From Paraspadella gotoi (taxonomy: Eukaryota > Animalia > Chaetognatha), in NCBI GenBank assembly GCA_051294375.1, contig CM119270.1, positions 8,791,213-8,855,212 on the forward strand: a stretch of 64,000 nt of DNA, written 5' to 3'. The notes beneath the pieces are model-generated. The model was given only the letters and a program-made list of their open reading frames with translations, had not been told where the DNA came from and did not search any database. A program made the translations under genes and the position numbers. Positions 12,321-24,800 of the stretch are shown here, one piece after another; the stretch's first letter is position 1, and each line of letters opens with the position of its first letter.

Positions 12321-12869
12321 TCTCTCTCTCCTCTCTCTCTCTCGCTCTTCGGTATTTTATCGAAAATTTTTATTCATCGATTAGTTGATTTTAAAACCCA
12401 AATCTAAAAAAAATTTATTAAATAATATTCACTGAATTAGTTTTTCATTCGACAGATCAGCGAATCGTTAAGTTACCGCGACGAAATAATGCAAAAAGAA
12501 CGTTATATTGATCAACCCAGATCCCTGACTCCGTGTTTCCCACCCACTCCCCCCTTTATCCCGGGTAAGGCGTTAATCTCATTAATTTCCCATCGAAGGT
12601 CAGAGGTGAGTTTTACCAAAACCGATTTTCTGTCGATTCGTTCCTTCTCTCTTCCTCCTGTCCTCTCCCCCCAATCTCTTTCCTTCACTTCGCTCTATTT
12701 TCTTTTCTCCCCCCTCACATTCTTAATCTCATATTTTCACACTTAAATCACGTGGAAAATTAAATCAAGCGATGTTAAAGGAAAATATTTAATATTCCAA
12801 TATTCAATAATCAGCCCCTTGACAAGACTGTCAGCGCTTTCCCATCCTCTTCTTTTTCCATATAGAGAC

Positions 12870-12907
<38 letters not shown>

Positions 12908-14391
12908 AATTGAGCAATTGTTATTCTTTACAAGCTGCAAGCCTGCGCTCATTATTTATTCGTATGCGTGCAGTGCACGCCGTACACTCCGCGTGTACAT
13001 TCAGCACATGCATGCACCGATTTACAGATCTGCTTTCGCACGCGCTCCTCTTCATCATCTTCGTCATCCTTCACCCGATATTATTATTAGCGACTTCGCA
13101 TCGGAAAATTGAGTGAAAAGTTAATGACGCGGCATTTCAAGGTTTTTTTCTAGATGCTCATAGAAAAATGCGAAAAGAGGCGAGCAGAAAGTTTTAAAAA
13201 CTGCACTTGCAATCGTGTTTTAAAAACCCGTATTGGGAAAAGACTATTAATGAATTATTTGAAAGTTTAACATACATAAATACGTATATAGTTAAATGAC
13301 AATTTTGTAGAGCAAAGCTATTAGAAAAGATCCTTTTTGTCCTTTCCAACTGTTTTCCCTAAAACACATGCAACCAACCAACGAACCCCAACCCGATTCT
13401 CCTTTCCTTTAAAAAGTGTTAATGCCTCGACTTCGCCGCAAAGGTCACGACGGGGTCAGCGTGAAAGCCACCGACGGGGTCACAATCGGGGCCAGAGTTT
13501 GAGCCAGGGTTTAGGGCCAAAATTTGGGGCTCGGGCTTTTTTTTGGCCAGAGATCTAGAATCAAAATTAACGGTCTAAAACCCCGGAGGCCAAATCATAG
13601 GCCAGAGTCTTGAAATAATAAGGAATGGTGGAAAAAGGAAAAAAAGAAAACTCGGCGAGGAGGGGGCGGGGGTGTGAGACGGAAAAGAAAGGTGCGATAT
13701 GTGGGAGTTGACAAGGTAGTGGAAAAACACTTGCCGCAATATGTCAAAGTAAGATCCTTTTGAAATTATATTACTATCTTTCTCATTTTATTTACTGTTA
13801 AACGTTCAAGGAGAAATGAATATTTTTTTTGTGAAATCCTTTCTTTCGTTGTGTTTTAGATTGATTGATTGATTTAGATTTTAGATTTTAGAACTTCAGC
13901 ACTTGTGCACAATCTAAAAAAAATTGTTGTTGAATCTAATTTAAACTTTTCTCAATAAAATCTGCTCCTAATTGAATCTAATGATAAAAATTCAAAATTA
14001 AAATTTTATAAATACAAATACCTACAAATTACTCGCTAGCAAAGCTGGAAGCTTAGATTTTACTCGGACGAGAAAACAGATTTGATAGAGATAATATCAT
14101 CAACTTTATAATCCATGAAGCAAAAATATGTTGTAACCAAACCACAGCGACAACCGCAGGCGACGAAAATAAACAATTTTACAATTCGCGGGATAAAATG
14201 ATGAGAAGCGAGGGACTCTCAGTTGATCTCAGGGATCGAAAGGATTTTAAACTCATCATGATGGATACGTTTTTCGTCTTCGGCAGATGACGAAGGAAAA
14301 AAAAATATTGTCATAGATTAACTTGACAGTCGATTTGTAGTCGGGCATTGCCTAGGTTCACCCCGCCTATAAGCATGACACCATCAGTCCT

Positions 14392-14580
14392 GACCCGGTG
14401 GCTCATTGAGTAAAGCCATCAGCTCATGACCACTAGGTACCGGGTTCAATCCCAACCCGGTACCTACCCTGTGGGAAGCGTGAGGACGGCCGTAAGCCGC
14501 CTTGGGGGTGTGGCAACCCCTCAAGCCTGGTTCCAAGCCCAGGACCCGTTCCATGGCTACTAAAGGGGGTTATAGAAGTT
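14392..14580 (+). mobile_element. tRNA-derived SINE-like element
   Basis: Pol III box A-like (GTGGCTCATTGAG) and box B-like (GGTTCAATCCC) motifs at tRNA spacing, followed by a GC-rich unrelated body. The cloverleaf does not close. Only one copy seen in this window. Confidence 0.55.
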
Positions 14581-14699
14581 ACGGATAGTCATCTTCAGCC
14601 CACTTAGCGCCTTATCCACAGATTTGCGTAAATTCTTCCGACTTTTGAAAACGTTTTCGGGCACTTTTAAAACGTTCGAATTTTATCATACTGTCCAAT

Positions 14700-15312
14700 A
14701 AGGCGTAGTAAAATTCCTAAGTTTAACTTTAATTAAAATTCTAAAAGTGAGGAACGAACAACATTATACTTATGAACATTTATGTATAAAAAAAATTTAT
14801 AATAATTTTTACAATTTACGCAGTAGGCCATATTTATACTAGTACTAAACCAATAAATGTTAAAATTTCAAAACAGTTTTTTCTAAGATTTTTTTGCAGA
14901 TTTGGATTTGTCATAAAAAGTTGATAAAAAGAAATATAACTCTTTTTGAAAAATTCCTTCATTAAGTGGGTCAAAAAATAGAAAAAGCTATATTTTAAGC
15001 TGAAAATTAACTTTTTATATATTAAATATAGTTTTTTAAATTTTTAACCCACTTAATGAAAGAATTTTTAAAAATGAATTATATTTTCTTTTATCAACTT
15101 TTGACGAGGAATTCAAATCTGCAATCAAAATTAAAAAAAGCCTATTTTGAAATTTTTAGATTTTATAAGGATAGTACTATATATAAATATAGCCTACTGC
15201 GAAAATTAAAAAACATAAAATTAATTTATAATAATTAAAATTAATGTTCACTGATGGTATGTTGTTCATAATTGACTTTTAGAATTTTCGTATGTAACTT
15301 TCACTACGCCTT
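14700..15312. mobile_element. Foldback/long-TIR MITE (~613 bp) with target-site duplication
   Basis: The whole element is a degenerate palindrome (AAGGCGTAGT...ACTACGCCTT; internal mirrored blocks such as CGCAGTAGGC/GCCTACTGCG and TTCATTAAGTGGG/CCCACTTAATGAA). It is flanked by the direct repeat ACTGTCCAAT at 14690-14699 and 15313-15322. Confidence 0.85.
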
Positions 15313-15679
15313 ACTGTCCAATGGTGGCCAGTGTCTCTCTTTGTACATGTTGAATGACAGGGTTAAAAGAAATTTAAATCCTTTTAAACTTACATACTTG
15401 TTGAACTCTGGTTAATTTATCGAGAAATCATAACTAATGACCATCATATTCATCAAGATCATTTTTGATGTTTCGTCCCGGTCCAAGTTGATTGGGAGAA
15501 TGTTTCTTAGTTAAATTGACAATTTTTGAGCAGTGAGATTAAGAATAAATGAATTTATTTAGTTTTGTATAATTTATAATTGAGGTTATATTTTTAAGTT
15601 CTTGATATAAAACGAAAGAAAAAAAAAATATTTAAAAAAATATCGTCGTCGTCGATTTCGTCTTTTCAAGGGTCGTCCA

Positions 15680-15725
<46 letters not shown>

Positions 15726-16077
15726 CACTCTTTCGCGCCCCAACATGGCTTCCGCTAAGCCCCTTGTTTTCTAAGAAGGATTTTGAGTTTACATCTAAAA
15801 AATTTACTGAACGTTGTTTTGGAGAAAGTACTACTACAAGCCTTTGATTCAAAAACACGCAATACTTTCAGTGTAAGTAGAAAGTAAATTAATACGATAA
15901 AAGTACGTTACGAAAAAATCGAATAAAACTGCAAAAACAATGAAATTTGATGCAACTTCAAAAATTCAACAGAACAATATCTACAAATGATAAATATGAA
16001 ATATTATTAGTCACAGAAAGAAAGATTGATTAAAATTAAGTTCCTTTTTAAAGGAAATTACAAATCCTCACGCCGAA

Positions 16078-18633
16078 ATGGGGGGTTGTCATTCGTCAGG
16101 AATGACTAGGATGTCAAAACGAAGAAAGCGTGAACTCACCGACGAGTCCGAGCCTTACCTTCCGACAGACGCCAAGCAACCGCAGCAATTTTGGATAGAC
16201 CCCACAGTGAGTAATGAAAGTATCGGTATTGTAGCCACATCTGTTGGCGCTACCGGATTATCATGAATAAGGCTCTCTTAAAACAATGATTGTAATATTA
16301 CATATAAAACTTGTATCCTCTGGCAATTCGGAAACAGTTTAATACATTGGATATTTTGACTTTTTAGGAACTAGAAGACAAAAACCAGGGACTTTTTGAA
16401 ACAATAAAAGACAAAAAGAAATCTAAGAGAAGTTCGCGCCTTCTCGAAATGGATTTGAAAAGTCTAATTACCAATATAGGTAAAAAGGTTGTGGGAAATT
16501 AAAAGAATGTAAATGAAGAAGACGGTTTTTTTTTAGCTTTGAAACTAATAATAAATCAGGTTTTAAACTTAATCATTTAATGTAGATCCGTGGAAGGCGA
16601 AAGAGGAACAGAAATATAAGGACGCCGTCATCAAGGCCAGAAACGGCGTTCAAAATGGAGAGGAGCGTTTGGCCGATCTCACGATTCCAACAGAAAAAGA
16701 AAATGATGCTCAAAAAGATTTTGCCATGTCTTTGAATGAGACTAAATGCATGGGTGAACGTTTAGCTGCGTCTCAAAACGAATCTAACGTTTTACATAAA
16801 GCTTCGATGGAAAAAGAATTTGCAGTTCTTTATGCGGGAGAAAATCAAGTACAAATTGTTACATGGAAAGAATACCAGAGCGAATATTTGCCTTCCTTCA
16901 TAGAAGAACGTGAAAGGGTCAATCGGTTGAAAGAAACAGAGAAATATGAGTATAGCAACGAATCTAGTGCTGAAACGAAATCGAAAGAAAAGAATCTTAT
17001 GGCATCGGAAGTTTGTTCAGAAGGTCGTAATAGTGGTCGACCGCTATCAAACAATCCATATACATTGATCTATGATACTGAAAATCAGTATGTACAATTA
17101 ATTTCATTGGAGGACTATATTGCACATCATTTAGAACTAGATAAGAAAAATTGGTCAAATTCCAAATCTTCAACTACTAATATTATTCAAATTCAAAACC
17201 CAAAGACTGAGGATGTAGATGAATACGATAGGAAAACAGATCATGCAGTAATTTATGATGCTGAAACACAAACAGCAAAGCTAATATCCTGGGTTAGTTA
17301 TGTTAATGAGTATCTTCCATCCGATGTTGACGTTAGGAAATTAGCAGTATTAAAAAGAATTCATGCCAATGGAACTCAGAGGAAAACGATATCTTTGGTT
17401 TCTTCATTGAAATCAAAGATAGCAAATGAAATTAGAAAACAAGATTATACAGTTGTTTATGACAACTTATCAAAAGAGAGCAAACTTATACTATGGACTG
17501 ATTATTTAAATAGTCACAAACTTCCGAGGCAAGATTGGGCTGTCATTTATGATAAAGATTATCAAACTTCAAAACTAATATTCTGGAAAGATCGATTTAA
17601 CTTTATGTCAGAATCTGATCCTATTTTTCACTTCAAAACCAGTAAAGATTTTTCTTATGATTTAAACAAAAGCAAAAAAGCAGACAACAAGAAAGTAAGA
17701 TTTACAACTGTTTATGATCTTGAAAATCAAGAAGTTAAAATCATATCATGGGACACATACGTTGCCAATTTTAACCGGCCCAGGCAAGATTGGGCTTTAA
17801 CTTATAACGCAGAAAGACAATCTACACAATTAATATTTTGGAAAGATTTTCTCAAGACAGTAGATCAGTACAGAGAGTCAACTAATACGACTATGTGCAA
17901 TAATGATATTAAGGAAATTCCTTTTCCATCATCTGATGAAAAGGTATTAAAGCAAGATTGCGCGTGTGGCTGTCATAATAAAAAAAATCAAGAGAACAAG
18001 ATCTTCGAAGAATACCAAGATAAATTTTCATCTTTTTCAAACAATAAAAAAATCGAGTTTACGACAATCTATGATGAGGTTTTGCAAGAAGTTAAACTGG
18101 TGCCATGGACTGAATACGCAAAAGAAAACACATTACCCAAACAGGATTGGTCTGTTACATATGATGCATTAACTAAATCTGTAAAATTAATATTCTGGAA
18201 AGGTTCTCGTCTTAACAAAAACAAACCAAACATTTCTGCCAGTCACCAAAGACAGCAGTTTACCACTGTTTACAATTACAATACGAACAAAATAGACTAC
18301 CTTGAATGGACTAAATATGAAGAAAAACATATGAGCGATGATAGAAAATTGTGGAATCAGTCTTTTGCTAAAAATTTAGGCAGAATTAATCATGGGAAAA
18401 ACGAAAAGTTTGACTTGGCAGCAGTATATGATGACAATAATTTTTCCGTAAAGTTAATTGATTGGTGTGTTTACGAATCAATCTACCTCCCTATTTTTGA
18501 AGAAGAAAGACAGAAAAAGTCGGAAACATTATTAATCAATCCAATAATAAATAATTGGTCTTTCCCTGAAGCAACGCCATGTATTGACGAGAAAAAATTA
18601 ACAATTGATATGTTTAATTTAGAAACATATTAA
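16078..18633 (+). CDS. Uncharacterised ~762-aa protein with MGGC N-acylation motif and 11 aromatic repeats
   Basis: Exons 16078-16206 (ACA|GTGAGT), 16368-16479 and 16586-18633 join in frame. N-terminus MGGCHS; repeated motif [FYWH]x[VTL][IVT]Y[DN]xxxxxx[KQ][LI]IxWxxY. Confidence 0.85.
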
Positions 18634-18854
18634 CAAATAGCGTTAAAAATAAGTGTAGCTCATGCTTCATGTTTAAATTTTCTATCGAATCATTAAAACT
18701 TATTTTTTAACAATAAAAAAAGTTATTATTTAAAATTAATTCATTTCATTTCTTTAAATAATCAATTACATAAATTAAAAATAATGAATATTAAATAAAA
18801 ACTGTCAAAACACAGAAACATGAAGATTTTTGTTCAATGACATTGTATGTTTTT

Positions 18855-21800
18855 TCATGTGTGCCATTTGATTTTTTTTATTTGACAGCTTGAGCGTTGA
18901 GAATGCTAAAAAAAATAGAATAAACAAATGTTAAGTTATCTTTGGAATAAATGTCGCAAAAGTCAATCAACAAAAAATTTTATTTCTATTTTACTATTAT
19001 ACTTAGCTAAAAAGTTTAGCATCTTTTTTAAGTTCGATGTAGTGTTATTTTTTTAAGTTTTTTAAAAATTTTTCATTAGTTTTATGTCATACTAATATAT
19101 TATATTTTAATTTTTATATTAAATTTGTACCTACCTGGAAGGAATATGAAGGTTTTGATTTTTGAGGAGTCTGAGATACGTCATACCCAAACCTAAAGAT
19201 GACATAACACCTTTCAAGGTCTATAAGCTTTTCATATAATCCTACTGACTCAAGATTTATCAATTTTTGTTAAATTTTTTGAAACAATTGAAGCTTACCT
19301 TTTTTTTCTCACATACAGCAAAAAATAACTTGAAATGATCAAAATCAGAATCCCAATTAGGCATCCTGAAACCTAATAGAAAGTAATAAATAAGCCACTG
19401 TTTTATTTTGTAATCAAGTTTTTTATACTTACCAAACACATAATGAAATACAAATTATACTCAATTTTTTTTGTATGACAAAATTCTTCTGGGCTTTTTT
19501 GCATACATTTACAGAATGGTTCCGCACCAATATGCTGACAGCAGACGCCATTTCTACACTGGCAATTAATTTTTAGTTGACTATTCATTCCAACCTGTAG
19601 ATATTTGAAACCTTATGCATTATACTTAATACATTGTATGATAATTTAAGTTATAAAATTGGTACAACCAATTTAAAAATTATCCATTCATTTAATAAAT
19701 AATAATCTATTTGGACAGGCTTTCAACTTTTGTGGTTAAAGCCCTCCATCACTCTTACCAGATAATAACATAGCAGGTCACTGCAATCTTCAAATGTTAA
19801 AGAAATGTTTTAAATAAGAAAGGGAAAACAGACAGCCTCATCACGCACTACTAGTACTGTACAGTTTTACTAAGAAAAAAGAGCTACATAACATATCATA
19901 AGTATAATTTTTATATACCGATATATTCTTTGGATAAAAACATTTTTATATTCTTTATTAAAATCCCTAAATTGAACCCATAAAAGAATTGGTAATTAAA
20001 TTGACAAATTCTTGATACAGAATAATTTATAAGTTATGGCAACAGCCGGGTTGGCTGTGATGCCCAATGGGATGGGGCATCTCACTGTTGGCTTGGGGGA
20101 TTTCCGACCCTCAGGGACGCATCCAGTCACTGGTGCGGTTACGCTAGGACGGTCTCGCTTTGCCAATGCAGTTGGAAGTCAGATGGAACACAACGCCTGG
20201 GATGATGTGTTCCCCCTCTGAGCCAATGGTATTGGCTGAATGATCGTTGACGTGAGGTGGTGTGAATATACCACCACAAATTACCTGTGTGGTGGTATTG
20301 GAGTACATACTAATATTGAAGTACATACTAATTATATTAACCTGATAGTATACTTTATCTAATAAAACTCTGCCAAGGAGTTCTAAAACATAATTGCGTT
20401 GGTGGAGATTGGCATAAAACAAATACATATTTTCAGAAATTTCTGTAGCCAAAAGATTGTCGCTATATTCAACATCATATTCAATTATTATACTTCCATT
20501 CCTATAATAGAATTTCAAATTATTTTAAAGTAAATTTACCATGATTATTTTTCAAGCAAAGTTATGAAAAGTTTACCTGAAGTTTTCTACTTCTAATTTT
20601 TTAAAAAGATGGTTTTCTTTAAATAATGGCAAGAGAGCAGATTCTGCTTTCTTTTTCATAACTTCAAAATCTAGTGAGCTTTTATTTCTCAAGTTGAAAT
20701 TAAATGTTTCATTAATCCCAATGGCCATTTTAATTTTTTGACTTACTGTAAAAAAAAATTTACAAATTCACTTAAAATATGTAAGTAATAAAAAAATGAA
20801 AATATTTTAAACTCACCGAAAAAAGAAATAATATTTCCCTTGCTTGTTATTTTATCAGATATTGAAAATAAGACAGCCGAGTATATAACATCAGGATTTA
20901 GGGTTTCAAGAAATGTATAATAGTCGTCATGATCCACAATAACTTGAGGCTGAAACGATTTAAAAAGTATAACCATTATATAGTAAACATTTTGGTTATA
21001 AATTACTATTCTAATTGTAATATACAATGAAATTCTATATTCATTCGCCATTGATATTTAATTATCAAACTTTTTCTAAGTTTTGATTCCCTACCATGTA
21101 TGTATATTTTAATTTAGGTTAAAAAAGAAGGGATGAGGGATGAGATATGTTTTTGGTTTAAGGATGAACAATAAATGACTTACTAGCTCTGGCTGTGCTT
21201 GTATCACAAATCCAATCTGGTTGGTTGATGAACTGTTCCAAGAAAGAATGAGTTGATCATTCATTTTATTAAGATTAAAATTTTCCGGAGGATCCGGTTT
21301 TACCATTACTATTTCATTAAAGAATTGATAAGGAATATCTGTACTTGATCCTACCAATGCAACAGAAGCAGTGTATGTTTCACCGCTCAGTAGATTAAAA
21401 AAATTAGCTGAATATTTGTCAGAATCATCAATAGGAATATACTGAGCCATGGTAAACTCATCATTGAGGGAGATTATAAATCCATGATAAGGGTAAATCC
21501 ATGATTTTTCATTCAAATTCCATTGCAAATTGAGTTGATTGGTCTTTGCTATATTTGATGTCAGTTCAGATTTTGAGTATGAAATAAGATTAGACTGTAT
21601 ATGATAAACATCATAGATAGCATAAAATAAATCCATAATTTTTTTAAATAACAAGTCGCCATTAACATTATTTGTAGATTGTATAAAATAAAACAAATCG
21701 AATATGGGTGAACTGAAAAAGAATTAAATTAATGAATATAAAAAAAATAATTATCACGGTCTCAAGAAGCAAACCTTGATGTCAGGTTAGAACTTTTTTT

Positions 21801-24800
21801 AATTTCTTTCATAACAGTCTGATTGATGAACTCCAGATAAGTATCATTGATAGTTGCCCACAAAAATTTCCAGTCAAAAGTTACTTTAACATAATTTAAA
21901 GAACACTTTAATTAATTTATATCAAAATGTTTTTACAGTATGATTTTTCTCGTTTGTAACATTTATGTAAAATGCAACCATAAAATTTAAAGAGTTTAAT
22001 GATTGTCGGTTTTGAAGATCTCAATTTGGCATTTCCTATGATGAATAATTTTTATAGTAGTTGTACCAATTTCATATATATATATGTGTGTATTTTGATG
22101 CTAGAGTAACAAGTTTTAAAGGATACAAAACAGAATATTTGTGTTACCCATTTAATAAAATTCTCTAAATTTTTATTAACTAAAATTAATTAAAAAAATT
22201 ATCTCCTTACTATTTGTAAAGTTACTAAGCACCTAAGCATATGAAATCTATACAAGAGGCAAAATGCTACATTTTGCATACTATACCTTTTAAATTTAAC
22301 TAAGTTTTGATTGGTTGTGATTTCGTGAAAAGTAAAAAAAATCAAAAGTTTTTCAACAAATTTGAAGACTTCTTTGGGGCCGAAAAGTTAATACTAAAAT
22401 ACTAAAGATTATGTAAAAATTGATATATTCANNNNNNNNNNTATATTAAAAAAAAATGAGCCACACTTTAGGTCTCTACGGTGAAGGGACTCTGAGATAT
22501 CGCAACAGGAAATGTTACAAACAAGAAAGATCATACTGTATTATAAATTTTAATTACCTCTGTTAGTACTTGTACCATTCAATAAATTCAAATATTTCAA
22601 ACAATGTTCAAATTTTTTTTTGGTGGTACTCTCTTCAATATTCCTTTTGTAGATTATTGTTTGAATTGGAATAAATTTCTCAATAACCATGTCAAGAAAC
22701 GAAGTGACAAAGTTTTTACCTTTTTTAACAATTGAAAATTCATTTAAAGCAGCTTTTAACCTTTCACTATTATAATTTAGATAACATATCTTGGAATAAT
22801 TTTCACTGTCATAAAATCTTTTCTATTTATCTTTGCAAAATGCAGACTTGCATTGATCAGGTATTTTTTTTAATATTGCAGTTTCTTTTGGGTAAAGAAT
22901 GAATGATATTAGAGTTTGGAATAGTTCAAGGATGTCAAAATAAATTTTGTCTTTAAAATCTTTCCACATCCAATTTTTTGCTAAAAATGATAAGTATAAC
23001 AAATTATTATTTTTGTTCACTTTATGAATTGGATTATGTGGACTTTTTTGATAAAAAGAGTTTTCTTTAAAATATTTCCAAAAAATGATATTCATAAAAT
23101 TTATAACATAATATTTGTATTCTTCCCTGACTTGGGAACCCTGAAAAAATGTCTGGTCTGGGGGATCCATCTTATTCGTAATGGCCATTGTAAGTTTGAT
23201 CCCAAAGCTCCCAGCCGCTGAAGGTTCAATTATTATCAAGATTGAAGAAGTGAAAAAAAATGAATGAGAGATCTGAAAAATACAAAGTAAACAATAGTGA
23301 AAGCTAATATAATAATAAAAAAGAGCTATAGACATGCTTTAGTTATAAATTTATTTCTCATGAAAATAAAAAAATAGATCTTTGATATATTAAAATTAGA
23401 TTAAAATTAATGTTTATATCTAAGATATAATTTATCCATGATTTCCTAGAATACCACTTAATCCTATCATTAAACTTACCACTTAAGTTATGGTTATAAT
23501 TCTGAACTATAAAGCGAATGCATTCTTCAAAAACAACACTTTCTTTGTCTGCCAAGAAATTAGAAGTCAAAGCAACGACATATTCTGTTAGAGTATCATT
23601 GATGCACATTTTCAAAGTCGGTTGAGAAAATGCTTGCAGTGTCTCAATAAGCTTCACAGTTGTCAGAGTATTTGGAAAATGTTCTTCATGGATCAAATTT
23701 TGACTTTTCTTTTCCACAGAATTTAAATAAATACCATATCCTAGATTCGAAGCTTTAAATATCGAATTGACTAATTTGATAATTACTCTTCTTAGATGCT
23801 CTCTATTCTTCAACCAAAAATAATGAGGTTTCAAACATTCCAAATTTGGCAAATTGACATTATTTTCAGTTGGCATATTTCTTTGGGTACAAAATATATT
23901 TTGTAGCTGGTTTAATATCAAATTATCATTGTCATTTAAATAATCATCCACCACAGTCAAGTTCAATTTCATACAAAGATTATGGTACTTTGTAGACCTT
24001 AATTTGCATAGCTCTTTAACAAAGAGTTCTAAAGATTGGCTAATTGATTCAACTAAAATCAAAATTTCCTCTAGCCAAGTCATGAGTATAGTACTTGGAT
24101 GATATGAGATTCCAATTGCTTCACTTATTCCCCATAGAGTCTGTCCTAAGCAATTGACAGAGGACTTGAAAGGCAAGAATTCCGGTTGCGCTGGCGGAAA
24201 CGTATTCCACAGAGCGCAAGTGGCTGCAAGAAATATATCATTGAAAATTGGTGAAATTCTATTTGTATATTCCATTTGGTAACTCCAAACAGGAGGCAAG
24301 TAAGGGCCGATTAAAATCATACTTCTCAAAAATTCAATGATTGGTATTTCAGAAAATATTTCACTTAAAGGCTCATTAGCAAAAATGGAAACATTCGTAA
24401 TGTAAAATAATTCATATTCTATTAACTTATGCATGTTTATCTCACAGATACTTTGCAATACCTGGTTACTTTCATTAAATTCCTTGCTAAATCGGCAATT
24501 GGCCATATCATTATCCGTGAAGCAAGCTTTTTCTTGTAAAACCTGAGGTGATAGTAATTGAAGTACAAAAATTTGATCCATTACATTTTGACTTTCTAGG
24601 AATCTCATCAGACTACTTTTATGTTGGTATAAGAGTTTGAGGTATTTAATAGTTTCTGTAGGAAATTCAACTGCTGATTGATTGATTTCAGAAGTTACCA
24701 GCGATTCTAAACTTGTTTCATTGAGCTTGTGAATCTTATCAAAAAGGGACTTTGACCAATAATTTATAAATTTTCTAAATTTGAAACCTGGATCTTCTAT

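Noticed and set aside
13420-13612. Coding exon in the GGGCCAGAGTTT-like ~12-bp degenerate repeat
   Set aside because: Only short ORFs, no convincing splice pair and no recognisable product.
14392-14465. tRNA-Met gene (CTCATGA loop)
   Set aside because: Anticodon and acceptor stems do not pair; better explained as a SINE head.
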